DNA from: a virus
Direction: 5' to 3' (one strand)
Virus record (IMG/VR): IMGVR_UViG_3300008954_000029
Location: 20,663 to 84,662 of that record
DNA length: 64,000 bases
The notes below the pieces were generated by a model. The model was not told where the DNA came from, ran no database searches, and saw nothing but the letters and a program-made list of their open reading frames with translations. Every line of letters starts with the position of its first letter. The first letter of the stretch is position 1. A program made the translations under genes and the position numbers. This document shows positions 26,388 through 35,926 of this stretch, piece after piece.

Positions 26388-26837
26388 TTACCTTTTAAGC
26401 CTTCGCGACTTAGTTACACCTTCGCGACTTAGGATGCGGCTCACCTTGGTAATGCTCCACTTCTCTCCGGGAAACATCGTTTCCATTCTCTCCACGATTT
26501 CACGCAGCTTCCAACCAGAGTTGCGATAATCCACGACGGTTGAAGCCATAAACCACTTATCCCCCTTCGCCAGCTTCCCGTTTTCAACCTTGTAGCCAAA
26601 CGGAGCACCTCCCACCCACTCTCCACGAGCCTGCTTTTGCGCCAAGGCCTGCTTTGTCAATTTCCTGATCGACGGTCCTGAACCTTTGCTATGTACCGCC
26701 CAATGGCAATCTTGACAGAGGGAGACTGTCCTTTTACCTCCTAAGCTTCGGGGCACCACATGATGATCATGCAAGTCATCGCGCGAACCGCACTCAAAGC
26801 ACGATGTGCGCGCATTTGATTTATTCTTCTTCGTCAT
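26388..26837 (-). CDS. HNH endonuclease fused to serine-recombinase-type DNA-binding domain
   Basis: CFEC..HHVVPRSLGG..LCQDCHWAVH; then ARGEWVGGAPFGY..LREI..VSRIL. Confidence 0.75.
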   Translation of the reverse strand: MTKKNKSNARTSCFECGSRDDLHDHHVVPRSLGGKRTVSLCQDCHWAVHSKGSGPSIRKLTKQALAQKQARGEWVGGAPFGYKVENGKLAKGDKWFMASTVVDYRNSGWKLREIVERMETMFPGEKWSITKVSRILSREGVTKSRRLKR

Positions 26838-27711
26838 CGATTCCTATTGGGTTAAGTTCTCTATAGTATAGCATCTTTTTAGATGGCCGCGCAAGTAAAT
26901 TCGCCTCTTCCGAGCCTAAAAAGTTGGTCAAGTTGTCCCAACTGTCTATTCGGTAATACCACGGCAATTCCACCTCTTTTGCTCCATCCATTATAACAGA
27001 TTCATAGACCTTGTCAAGAGAAAATTTTCGGGCTGAATTTCTTTCTTCTAATGGGAGCTTGTCGTAATTTTCATTATAAACATACGTCTCCGGGTCAAAC
27101 GTGCCGGTGCCACTTTTCATTGTTCTGAGGATTGTTTTGTATTCTTCCTCACGGAAAGAAAAACCAAGGTATTCTCCGTCCTTAAAAGTCTTTCCTTCAT
27201 AGGACAAGCAAAATAAGTCCTTGCCTGAAATGTCCCTGCGATGGGGGCGCAGAATCTTGGGGTCATACACGCCATAAGGGTAAGAAACATAGTATTTCTT
27301 GGGGACGGCCCACTTGCTTATACGATGAGCAACCCACCACGCCATAAGGGCGCCTTGCATCACGCTCCACCCGTAACAATCTATCTTATCACGATACTTT
27401 GGGTGGATGGGGACATAGTAAATGGGGATCGACCTTTGGTTCTCAAAAGCGTTTCTATCAAATGCCCTATAGAGCCACACAGGATCCTGGACGTAGTCAC
27501 CGATCCGATGTCGGATGAGGGGCTGCATGTCATCATTACAAACAATCCAAATTGTATCCGCTCCCGCAAAGGCACACTCCACCACAGACCTCTCAATGGC
27601 GAGATAGTTCTGCGCTATTGGTTGTAGGCAGTCGTGCCAAGGAAAACCAAAGTCCCCCTCAAAGCCAGCGACAGGAATGACGCCTACTAGATGGTCGTGT
27701 CCCTTACCCAT
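26821..27711 (-). CDS. divergent sugar-phosphate nucleotidyltransferase-fold protein
   Basis: GVIPVAG..LQPI..IERSVVECAFAGADTIWIV, lacking the GxGTR/K catalytic loop. Confidence 0.55.
   Translation of the reverse strand: MGKGHDHLVGVIPVAGFEGDFGFPWHDCLQPIAQNYLAIERSVVECAFAGADTIWIVCNDDMQPLIRHRIGDYVQDPVWLYRAFDRNAFENQRSIPIYYVPIHPKYRDKIDCYGWSVMQGALMAWWVAHRISKWAVPKKYYVSYPYGVYDPKILRPHRRDISGKDLFCLSYEGKTFKDGEYLGFSFREEEYKTILRTMKSGTGTFDPETYVYNENYDKLPLEERNSARKFSLDKVYESVIMDGAKEVELPWYYRIDSWDNLTNFLGSEEANLLARPSKKMLYYRELNPIGIDDEEE
26990..27017 (-). promoter_or_regulatory. consensus sigma70 promoter inside coding sequence
   Basis: TTGACA-16-TATAAT with TGn extension, 150 nt upstream of the HNH-dnaE block. Confidence 0.65.
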
Positions 27712-28504
27712 ACGGATTTATGATTATATCATCGTATTCATCAGGAATCAAGTCCTTTGTTTCAATAATCTCTCTTCGGTCGTATGCTAGTTTTATTGAA
27801 ATACGGTAATGTTCGCCTGTTTCCTTATTTATGCCGTTCTTGCGACCCTGAATACCAGCCTCTTTCATCATGTCCAACACCTTGTACCGGACATAGATCT
27901 CTAACGCTTCGTTTTCTTTAATTCCCTCGGGACCAAAGTAGGAAATGGCCACTAAATTACGATCTTTTAGGTACTCTTCGTCATTAATAAAATGAACTTC
28001 TCTCACAAAGTCTTCATCTGAGGTAAGTTTCTTTATATCGTGTGGAGCGCAAGACGGTATGTCATACCAGTCTAACACCTTGTAGCCCAAAGTATCTTTT
28101 TGATAGGAAGCCTGTATTCCTTCAACGTTTTGGTCATCAAAGACATACAACTTGTCGTATTGTACCCGGAACACGCGAGAGTTCTGCGTCACAACTTTAA
28201 CCAAATTATCTTCTTCAATACGAACGTTGGAAACCTTATCAGCGAACATACTGAGTCCTCGCAAGCTCAAGTCTGCTAGTAGTTTGTCTCGCAGGGCTGT
28301 GGAATTCTGGTGGCCTTCAACCAAATCAAACGGACGAGACTTCTCCAAATGGTTTAAAATAAGGGGATACTTGTTCTCGTAACTGTACCGTACAGCGTCC
28401 GTATTGCCCCCTATAACAACGCCTTCAAACTTATAAATGTGGTTATTCAATATACTTCTAGATGGCCTCTTTATTCGAACTAAAAACGACCTCCACCTCA
28501 TCAT
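27704..28504 (-). CDS. divergent Rossmann/FAD-oxidoreductase-like hypothetical protein (start probably ~28450)
   Basis: VVIGG and VQYDKLYVF resemble FAD-dependent oxidoreductase motifs; GxGxxG incomplete. Confidence 0.4.
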   Translation of the reverse strand: MMRWRSFLVRIKRPSRSILNNHIYKFEGVVIGGNTDAVRYSYENKYPLILNHLEKSRPFDLVEGHQNSTALRDKLLADLSLRGLSMFADKVSNVRIEEDNLVKVVTQNSRVFRVQYDKLYVFDDQNVEGIQASYQKDTLGYKVLDWYDIPSCAPHDIKKLTSDEDFVREVHFINDEEYLKDRNLVAISYFGPEGIKENEALEIYVRYKVLDMMKEAGIQGRKNGINKETGEHYRISIKLAYDRREIIETKDLIPDEYDDIIINPYG

Positions 28505-29450
28505 TAATGTTTTGAGTAATAAATTCCTTCATTTCGTTTGAATTATCAAAATCAAGAATTTGCTGATCTAGGATTAAGCGGTATTCACCAACCTCTTCCA
28601 GGACATCAACCTTGTTGATGATCAGGTTTGTTACTCCATTGATGTTAGAGGCCTTTTGGAGGAGATTTAAATCCATCCAATTACATTGCCTTGGACGACC
28701 GGTAGTAGCACCGTATTCTTCGCCTGCGTCACGAATAGCATTGAAAATAGCGTCCTTAGGTTGGAACTTCTTGGCCCCGACGTAGGTTTCGTACATCTTC
28801 GCTACGCCATAGACGTTTCTTAAAGAACGTGGGGGTACTCCGTTAAGAAATGCTGAAGCAGTCGTGCAGTGAGATGAAGTAACAAAAGGATAATCACCCC
28901 AATCAACGTCCAGTCCAAATCCCTGGGCGCCCTCAAAAAGTATCCGCACGTCTTCGCCACTTTCATGAAGTTCTTCGTAAAGATCGACAATAAATTCTTG
29001 AAGTACTTCAACGTTTTCGGCTCTTACTCCCTTTCTTGCGTACTTATCGCGATAGGCGGGCCCATTTCCTCGTTTCGTTGTTCCGATAGCAGTGTCCCTT
29101 CCATCTTCACGGAGGTGGTCTCGTGTGATGACATGTGTATTGCGTGCAATACGTACAAATCGTCTAGCGGGTATTCCTGCTTCTTCGAGTTCCTTGATTT
29201 CAGCGAAAAACTGATCAGGATAAACAACGCACCCAGGCCCAATAATAGACTTGACGCCGTGCAAAACTCCGCAAGGTATGTGGTGAGTGACGAGCTTTTG
29301 TCCATTATGGTAAATAGTGTGGCCAGCGTTTTGACCACCATTGTACCTTATGACATGTGTGTAGTCCCCGTTCTTACACAAATGGTTTGTTACTTTACCC
29401 TTTCCACAGTCTCCATACTGTAAATCCACCACCACATCTGCGATCATCAT
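28458..29450 (-). CDS. purA: adenylosuccinate synthetase (short form)
   Basis: QYGDCGKGK, NAGHT, EGAQG, YPFVTSS, GATTGRPR, NKVD. Confidence 0.93.
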   Translation of the reverse strand: MMIADVVVDLQYGDCGKGKVTNHLCKNGDYTHVIRYNGGQNAGHTIYHNGQKLVTHHIPCGVLHGVKSIIGPGCVVYPDQFFAEIKELEEAGIPARRFVRIARNTHVITRDHLREDGRDTAIGTTKRGNGPAYRDKYARKGVRAENVEVLQEFIVDLYEELHESGEDVRILFEGAQGFGLDVDWGDYPFVTSSHCTTASAFLNGVPPRSLRNVYGVAKMYETYVGAKKFQPKDAIFNAIRDAGEEYGATTGRPRQCNWMDLNLLQKASNINGVTNLIINKVDVLEEVGEYRLILDQQILDFDNSNEMKEFITQNINDEVEVVFSSNKEAI

Positions 29451-29460
29451 TTCTCCTTTG

Positions 29461-29934
29461 TTAATTTATTAGCTTGTGATATTCTTTAATTGACTTAATT
29501 TTATTTTCTATTCTTTTCGCCAATTTAAGGACTCTATTGGCGTACCTCTTGGAAGACTTCAATTTCTTACATCTGTATCCACCATTGTACCCGCACAAGC
29601 CCCTCTTATACCTTCCCTTACCATAATCATACACCCAAAACGCCAGCGTCTTTGCCCCCACCTCTATTGACTTCCTGGGGTCCTTCAACTGGTTACAGGT
29701 TACTTTCGGTCTTGTGTACTTGGGCAGTACCTGTGTTAGTCCACAAGCACCACTTCTACTGACTGCTTCTGGCTTCCACCTGCTCTCCTCATTTATCAGG
29801 GCCACCAAAACTCTCGACCTTACCTTGTTCTTCTGTGCCTGTTCCACAAGATAATCCATGTGTTCACACGCAACTGCCGAATTTGGAAGTTGGATGGAAA
29901 TCACAGACATACATAATAGTTGTGCCAGAGTCAT
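29461..29934 (-). CDS. lytic transglycosylase (SLT domain)
   Basis: EES, AVSRSGACGLTQV, YNGG. Confidence 0.88.
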   Translation of the reverse strand: MTLAQLLCMSVISIQLPNSAVACEHMDYLVEQAQKNKVRSRVLVALINEESRWKPEAVSRSGACGLTQVLPKYTRPKVTCNQLKDPRKSIEVGAKTLAFWVYDYGKGRYKRGLCGYNGGYRCKKLKSSKRYANRVLKLAKRIENKIKSIKEYHKLIN

Positions 29935-30644
29935 ACGTGCCCTCGCAACTCTCTATACGCAGAGACGGTCGTTGGCCACAGTTCTGTGGCGATGTCCAGG
30001 CAGGCTTGCGCAACTCTTTGAATTTCCCACTGTGCGTGAGCGTCTAAACGTAGGTCAATGAATTTGAGAAGATTAGACAAGTTGGCTGTTCCGTAATATT
30101 CCGTGTAGAGATTCTGCGGAAGGACTCCACGGGCTTGTTCGCGACACACACCGGCAGCAAGCAACTCTTCATACACAGATACAGAAGTCGCGTGATGGGC
30201 TTTTACCTTCTCGCTAGCCAAAAGATAATAATACTCGGGCAGCTCGGGATTTATCAATTCTTCCTCATTTGAAGCCTGCCTGTTAGACTTGTGTTGTGTC
30301 CTAAAAGCCTCTGGCTCGTAGAATTGAAGGTTCTCATCAGTGTACCTGCGGGAAACCTCATTGTAGGACCAAGTTCGGTGCCTATGGTGCTGACTCCTGA
30401 TGAACAACGGTACGACAAACTTGAATGTCGCCCCACAATGCTCCAGAGTGGATGTGTGGCGATTCTTAATAAGATACTTTATTAATTTCTTATCTTTTTC
30501 ATCCAACTCTTCCTTATACTTGCCGAAACTTACACGGGCAGAGTTGACCACCATCTTGTCGTCACCATAATGCTGGATTAATTGAACCTTTCCAATGTCG
30601 TCACCGTAAAGATCAACTGAAATCTCCTTTGATTCGTCATTCAT
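29931..30644 (-). CDS. thyX: FAD-dependent thymidylate synthase
   Basis: ARVS, HTSTLEH, RHRTWSYNEVSRRY, EQARGVLP, HAQWEI. Confidence 0.97.
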   Translation of the reverse strand: MNDESKEISVDLYGDDIGKVQLIQHYGDDKMVVNSARVSFGKYKEELDEKDKKLIKYLIKNRHTSTLEHCGATFKFVVPLFIRSQHHRHRTWSYNEVSRRYTDENLQFYEPEAFRTQHKSNRQASNEEELINPELPEYYYLLASEKVKAHHATSVSVYEELLAAGVCREQARGVLPQNLYTEYYGTANLSNLLKFIDLRLDAHAQWEIQRVAQACLDIATELWPTTVSAYRELRGHV

Positions 30645-30927
30645 TTACAATGCCAACAACGTGGTTCTCAAGGATCAGGTGTACTTCTTCGTCCAAGATC
30701 CTGACCTTCTCTATCATTGGTGCATTGACCGCAATTAGCGTCTTTTTAACAAAATGCTTAGCACAGTCATCAGCGACGGCCACCACCCGGCAAAGCTTGT
30801 ATTGCTCGCTTCGTGGATTATAATTCTCCGGAAGTAAAACGCTTGATTTACTCTTATCCTTCGGAAGTTGAATAAGCTCAACTTGAAGGTGTCGGTTAAC
30901 AGGCTTGAAATTCACCATTTTCTCCAA
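30637..30927 (-). CDS. groES: GroES-like co-chaperonin
   Basis: FKPVNRHLQV..SSVLLP..VVAVA..LILENHVVGIV. Confidence 0.7.
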   Translation of the reverse strand: MEKMVNFKPVNRHLQVELIQLPKDKSKSSVLLPENYNPRSEQYKLCRVVAVADDCAKHFVKKTLIAVNAPMIEKVRILDEEVHLILENHVVGIVNE

Positions 30928-30955
30928 TAATGTGATTCAAAAACGATATGGTCTA

Positions 30956-30984
30956 ATTGTAACGCCAAACGAGGTATTTGTTAA
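30956..30984 (-). promoter_or_regulatory. sigma70-like promoter
   Basis: TTAACA-17-TACAAT. Confidence 0.55.
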
Positions 30985-31009
30985 TCACGCAATTGGCAAT
31001 TATGCAATT

Positions 31010-31855
31010 TTATTCGTCCTCGCACTCATCGTCATCGGCGATATCGACGTCCTCGGGTACCTCTTCGCCACGAAGGCGCGCGCACTCTTCGAATGTCATG
31101 TTATTGTCGAAAATAAAGTGATAATCGTTGTCCCTGAGCAGGTTGTAAACCCTCTCGATGGGAATGAAGTAACCCATGTGCGTGATGGGGTCGCTGCTGA
31201 AGCCCATGGGTTGTACTGTGATCCTGGAAGGGATTCCAATGTATTCGTATTTCTTCCTCTCGTCCGAGTAACGATAGAGGGCTCCTCCGGAGTTTCCAAA
31301 AATAGTCTGGGCAGTCGACATCCAATAGCGGTAATGGCTGATCTCATCATCCATGTAACAAATGTGACCGCTTGTGGCGATTGGGGCGTGGCCTAAGGAC
31401 GCACCGACAGCATAGCAGGGATCAAAAATGTGAATGTTTTCGATGTCGCTCTCTGGGAACAGATTTGCGACATAAGGAGCACGGGTCTCCTTGTCGCGGA
31501 CACGCAGGAGGGCCCAGTCCTGGCCGCCTTCCACCTCTGAATAGGCGACGATGTCCGCCTCAATAGCAAAACTACCAATACAGTGTGAATAATTGTTGTA
31601 TTTAAAATATTCCACGTATACTGTATCAAGGATCTCGGTATCCATCTTCTTTTTCTTTACTGGATTCCATCTTTTCTCAACCTTAATACACTTTGCGACT
31701 ACGTGGTGGTTGGTAATGACATAGGTGTGAAACTCGTCTCCGTGCTTCTCTGAATAGACAACGGTACCCGAACCACCAGAGCCCTTTGCTCTAACGCGGA
31801 CGGTAGGGTAGAACATCTCTTCGTGCTTTTTAATAATTTTTGGTGATACAGGCAT
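31010..31855 (-). CDS. trypsin-like serine protease (no signal peptide)
   Basis: GSGT, TNHHV, DWALL, GNSGGA; ACTATTTA upstream. Confidence 0.88.
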   Translation of the reverse strand: MPVSPKIIKKHEEMFYPTVRVRAKGSGGSGTVVYSEKHGDEFHTYVITNHHVVAKCIKVEKRWNPVKKKKMDTEILDTVYVEYFKYNNYSHCIGSFAIEADIVAYSEVEGGQDWALLRVRDKETRAPYVANLFPESDIENIHIFDPCYAVGASLGHAPIATSGHICYMDDEISHYRYWMSTAQTIFGNSGGALYRYSDERKKYEYIGIPSRITVQPMGFSSDPITHMGYFIPIERVYNLLRDNDYHFIFDNNMTFEECARLRGEEVPEDVDIADDDECEDE

Positions 31856-31895
31856 AATCGTCTCCTAAGTTAGTGCGCTGGGCGCAGCCTTACAT

Positions 31896-31903
31896 TAAAT
31901 AGT
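31896..31903 (-). promoter_or_regulatory. putative late promoter ACTATTTA
   Basis: recurrent motif. Confidence 0.6.
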
Positions 31904-31904
31904 C

Positions 31905-34319
31905 TCATCCACACTTAGCGTACCCACAAGAAGTACAAGTTATGCACCCATCTTGATAAAGAAGCGCTTCCGCGTTACACTCTGTACAGACCCGGTCGCT
32001 GGGCTCTTCCCCGTCTTCAATGTAGTTTTTCAGGATTCTCGCGATACAACGAGCGAAACTGAACATGTCAGAGTCCTTGTCCTTTTGAAGTTGCTCCACC
32101 ATAAACTTTACTTTGGCGCCGTGACGAAGGCCAAGCGAAATCATTCGAGTAAACGCAGAATTGTTAGGATTATCAAAGACTTTGACTACATCCTTGATGT
32201 GGATAGTATCTCCATTATAGCCAAATGAAAGGTCATAACGGTTATTTTTCGTCTTGAAGCAATGCTTGGCCAACTTCCCCTTGTCGTACTTCTTGGGAAT
32301 CTCAATCAAACTCGCTTCACCACCTAGAACCTCGTATGGCTTGCCGTCCAAAAGTCCGACCAAAACAACCCACTTTTCACCCTTAATTGTGGTGTGGTGG
32401 ATGTCGCAGTCTAGTTCTTGGGGACGCTTTGGAGCGCAACTCTGGGGAAATTCCTCGGTCTGTTCCTCAGATGTCTCATTCGTCACCAGGACGCCAGTGC
32501 GCGACCCGTCAACGTAGACAGTGATGCCCTTCAAGCCCTTCTTCCATCCCTCCAAGTATAGCTCTCCTACCAAGGAGGGCAGAGTACCCTTAGGCAGATT
32601 AATCGTTGAAGAAATGGAGTGGTCAATGTGCTGCTGAATTGCGGCCTGGATCTCCACTCGCTTCGCCCAATCAATTTGGTCAGAGGTTGTGAAAAAGTTT
32701 GGAACTTTCTTCTTTCCCTGAGTATCCAAAAATTCTTGTACGTTGTGATGGAAGACTTCATACTCCATCCAGCGATCTCCAAGATCATCTACAAAATCAG
32801 CCTTAATGTGCTGCTCGTTATGCGACAACTTACGACGGCGAATGTAAGAGTTCCTAAATACAGGCTCAATACCGGTGCTCGTCTGTGAAAGAAGCGATAC
32901 AGAACCAGTAGGAGCATTCGTTAGGATAGAAATGTTCCTTCTGCCGTGAGCGCGAATCTTCGCTTGTAGAACTTGTGGGAGATCCTTGATAAAAGAATTG
33001 TCCTTCTCAACCTCCCAGTCAAACACGGGAAATGCGCCTCGCTCTTGGGCCATCTTGACGCTCTCCTCGTAAGCGCTGACCTTCATAATACGATAAATGT
33101 CGTCAACAATAGCGATGGCGACGTCGCTGTCGTAAGAGAGGTCCAGGCGAGCAATCGCGTCGGCTAGTCCGTGGGTGCCTAAGCCCGTGCGTCGGCCATT
33201 CATACAGGCGTCAATCATCTTCGTCCAAAGCGCCTTTTCGTCGTCAGTATCACAAGTTTCCTTGATCCTAAGGAGCTTCTCGTTTTCCAACTCAACAAGG
33301 TCGTCAGAAAGCCTAGTCGCAACACGAATTACATCGCTGAACTTCTTCAGATCAAAGGAAGCCTTCTTGGTAAAGGGGTTCTTGACTAAGTTTTTTAAAT
33401 TTACCGAAATTAAACGGCACGAGTCATAGGCAGAAAGAGCAATCTCAGCACAAGGATTCACACAGATAGTCTTAAATCCATCGTATTCGTTTGCGGGCAG
33501 ACGGCTCGTAATGTTGTCCCACATCAGAAGACCCGGCTCAGCAGTTTGAGTAGCAGATTCTACAATTTGAGTCCATAACTCGGTTGCTTCAATTTCACGG
33601 GTGTGCGTGGGTTCATCAGAATCAATTGGGAACTGTAAAGTGAACGTTTCCTCGTTCTCAACAGCCCTCATAAAGTCGTCGCTTATCTTGACGGAAACAT
33701 TCGCCCCTGTTACCTTCGTTAGATCGTGCTTCATCGTCACAAATTTATCAATGTCCGGATGGCGAACATCCATAGAAATCATAAGTGCGCCACGACGGCC
33801 ATTTTGGCCAATCATACGACAAACGTATGAATAAAAGTCTGCGAAACTCCAAGCACCGGTGGTGGTGCGGGCAGCATTGTTTACAGGGGCATTTTCTGGC
33901 CGTAAGTTACTAATATCCAAGCCAACACCGCAGCGGCGCTTGAATAGATTAGCCAATTCCTTGCCACTGTCAATAATTGAAGAAACATTGTCAGCAGGAG
34001 AATCAACGACAACACAATTAGAGAGAGAGACATTGACATAATCGTTTCCTATTCCATACATAGGCGAGCCCTGAGGAACGATGCTCTCAAAGCCCTTCAA
34101 AAAGTTATAAATTTCATCTTCACCAAGAGGGTTGGAAAACTTATCTTCAACACGAGCAAATTCTCTGGCCAATCTACGATGCATGTCATCGGGGGTCAAT
34201 TCCATAAAATTGCCCTCCTGATCTTTTAGGCAGTACTTGGTCATCCACACATTGGTGGCCAATTCATCACCGTCAAAGTATTTTAGAGTCGCGGCCCTAA
34301 CTTCTTGTTCGTTGTGCAT
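31905..34319 (-). CDS. nrdJ: class II (B12-dependent) ribonucleotide reductase
   Basis: SNC, NPCAE, APTGS, KGITVY, TSCPD-like region and C-terminal Cys pairs; no small subunit nearby. Confidence 0.9.
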   Translation of the reverse strand: MHNEQEVRAATLKYFDGDELATNVWMTKYCLKDQEGNFMELTPDDMHRRLAREFARVEDKFSNPLGEDEIYNFLKGFESIVPQGSPMYGIGNDYVNVSLSNCVVVDSPADNVSSIIDSGKELANLFKRRCGVGLDISNLRPENAPVNNAARTTTGAWSFADFYSYVCRMIGQNGRRGALMISMDVRHPDIDKFVTMKHDLTKVTGANVSVKISDDFMRAVENEETFTLQFPIDSDEPTHTREIEATELWTQIVESATQTAEPGLLMWDNITSRLPANEYDGFKTICVNPCAEIALSAYDSCRLISVNLKNLVKNPFTKKASFDLKKFSDVIRVATRLSDDLVELENEKLLRIKETCDTDDEKALWTKMIDACMNGRRTGLGTHGLADAIARLDLSYDSDVAIAIVDDIYRIMKVSAYEESVKMAQERGAFPVFDWEVEKDNSFIKDLPQVLQAKIRAHGRRNISILTNAPTGSVSLLSQTSTGIEPVFRNSYIRRRKLSHNEQHIKADFVDDLGDRWMEYEVFHHNVQEFLDTQGKKKVPNFFTTSDQIDWAKRVEIQAAIQQHIDHSISSTINLPKGTLPSLVGELYLEGWKKGLKGITVYVDGSRTGVLVTNETSEEQTEEFPQSCAPKRPQELDCDIHHTTIKGEKWVVLVGLLDGKPYEVLGGEASLIEIPKKYDKGKLAKHCFKTKNNRYDLSFGYNGDTIHIKDVVKVFDNPNNSAFTRMISLGLRHGAKVKFMVEQLQKDKDSDMFSFARCIARILKNYIEDGEEPSDRVCTECNAEALLYQDGCITCTSCGYAKCG

Positions 34320-35691
34320 CTTGCTTTCCTTCTTCCTTCCATGACATGTACTTCTTTTTAATGTTACTCATCTGCTTTTCAGCAGCCTTAACATTAATTT
34401 CTTCCACTGTTTCGTTAGTAGGTTCAAAGACTTTTATTTTTACGTTGCTCGTATCCATAAAAATAGGATATATCATACCATCATACCCTTGTCTGTTTTT
34501 AGCAACAAACATTCTTCCGGTATTGGCGGTTTTATCTTCAATTGTTCTAGAAACGGTGCAGATGAAGTCGGCCACAAAGCACTTGTTGAACGCCTCGCTA
34601 ATAGCCTCCATCGTAATGACTTCGGCGTTGAGTCCTGAGCGGTTTGTTTGTGAGGCAGTCCAGAAAAGGCACTTAAACTCTTGCGCAAGGCCGCGCAATT
34701 CTTCATACATTGATTCCAATTCGTGCCTCTTTTCCCTCTCTACACGCTTTGGACGCAAAAGATCGGCATAATCGACGATGACCATGTCAACGTCAATGCC
34801 TCGTGTCTTAAGCTTCTCCAGATGCGTCTTAATCGTATTCGTACTCGCCGTTTTCGACGGGTACTCTTTAATTATCAGTCTGCCACCGAAATTGGACACT
34901 TTTTCGTATACTTCTTCCTTGAAAACTGGAAGATCGTTGATTGGTACTCCAGTTAAGCAACTGTCATAACGCAGGCCGATGGACATGTCTTGTAGTTCCA
35001 GAGTATAGTGGACAACAGTCTTGCCCTCCTTGATCGCCTGGGCGCCTAAGTGGACCAGGACCATCGACTTCCCTGCGCCAGTTGGGGCGATCACAACGCC
35101 AAGCTCGCTGTTGCCTAGACCTCCATTGGTGATGTCGTCAATAAGCTTCCACCCTGTTGTGACTGGGTGTCGCATCTTTGGAACATAGCGGTCCTCAAAG
35201 TCAGCGATGTACTCATACCCAAAATTGTTATCGGATCCAAGCTTGATTGCGTTGTTGATGATTGTGCTGATTTCATCAAAAGACGAGTGATGGAGGAGGT
35301 CAACGGACTGAATCATCGCTTCCTTGAGCTTCTGCTTCTTACAGAAGTCAAGAGACACGTCCTTAATGTATTCTGCCTCCCTGATTTCCTTTGAGGAGAG
35401 GGCCCGGGCCAGGAAGTCGCGGGTTTGCTTACAAACGGCATCACTCTCATCCTCCATTTGGGAACGGAGGATTGTAGCCATAATTTCGTATGTTGGGTGC
35501 GTCTCGTACTTGTCTCTGTACTCAAAGATGCGACGCACAAACGCTTGAAGGTATTTTAATTCAAAAAAACTGGTAGAAAGGACCTCTTGCATTTGGTCAC
35601 AAAAGGCTCTCTCCTGCAGGATAAGGTGGGCCAGTTTCTCCTGGAAAGACTTACCGAACTTTGAGAAATCTGCTTTTTCGTGTTTCATCAA
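34297..35691 (-). CDS. replicative helicase (gp41/DnaB family)
   Basis: APTGAGKS, VDYAD, TASQTNR, AKNR. Confidence 0.93.
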   Translation of the reverse strand: MMKHEKADFSKFGKSFQEKLAHLILQERAFCDQMQEVLSTSFFELKYLQAFVRRIFEYRDKYETHPTYEIMATILRSQMEDESDAVCKQTRDFLARALSSKEIREAEYIKDVSLDFCKKQKLKEAMIQSVDLLHHSSFDEISTIINNAIKLGSDNNFGYEYIADFEDRYVPKMRHPVTTGWKLIDDITNGGLGNSELGVVIAPTGAGKSMVLVHLGAQAIKEGKTVVHYTLELQDMSIGLRYDSCLTGVPINDLPVFKEEVYEKVSNFGGRLIIKEYPSKTASTNTIKTHLEKLKTRGIDVDMVIVDYADLLRPKRVEREKRHELESMYEELRGLAQEFKCLFWTASQTNRSGLNAEVITMEAISEAFNKCFVADFICTVSRTIEDKTANTGRMFVAKNRQGYDGMIYPIFMDTSNVKIKVFEPTNETVEEINVKAAEKQMSNIKKKYMSWKEEGKQDAQRTRS

Positions 35692-35756
35692 CCCTCTTTG
35701 TCAATACTAGTATTGTACAGGTCTGGACTGTTTTAGTTTAGATCTTTACTTAGAAT

Positions 35757-35785
35757 AAAGTATCACAAGTTTAAAGATGTGTCAA
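35757..35785 (-). promoter_or_regulatory. sigma70-like promoter
   Basis: TTGACA-17-TACTTT upstream of helicase. Confidence 0.65.
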
Positions 35786-35797
35786 GGACAAAAAGGG

Positions 35798-35870
35798 TGG
35801 AGCCGGAGGGACTTGAACCCACGACATTCACGCTGCCAGCGTGACGCTCTCCCAACTGAGCTACGGCCCC
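35798..35870 (-). tRNA. tRNA-Ala(GGC)
   Basis: cloverleaf with G3:U70; anticodon arm TCACG-CTGGCAG-CGTGA; TTCAA T-loop. Confidence 0.93.
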
Positions 35871-35880
35871 TTTTCACCCT

Positions 35881-35888
35881 TAAATAGT
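35881..35888 (-). promoter_or_regulatory. putative late promoter ACTATTTA upstream of tRNA-Ala
   Basis: recurrent motif 10 nt before the tRNA 5' end. Confidence 0.55.
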
Positions 35889-35926
35889 CGGCCCCTTTTA
35901 AAGGTTCCTTAATTGTATGATTGCGG

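Noticed and set aside
28458-29450. PurZ (2-aminoadenine Z-genome) pathway, given a PurA homolog plus a MazG-like gene
   Set aside because: It retains PurA-type residues: catalytic Asp in GDCGKG (PurZ has Ser), Thr in YETYVG, Arg in TTGR and GTP-type NKVD. No DatZ-like HD gene was seen.
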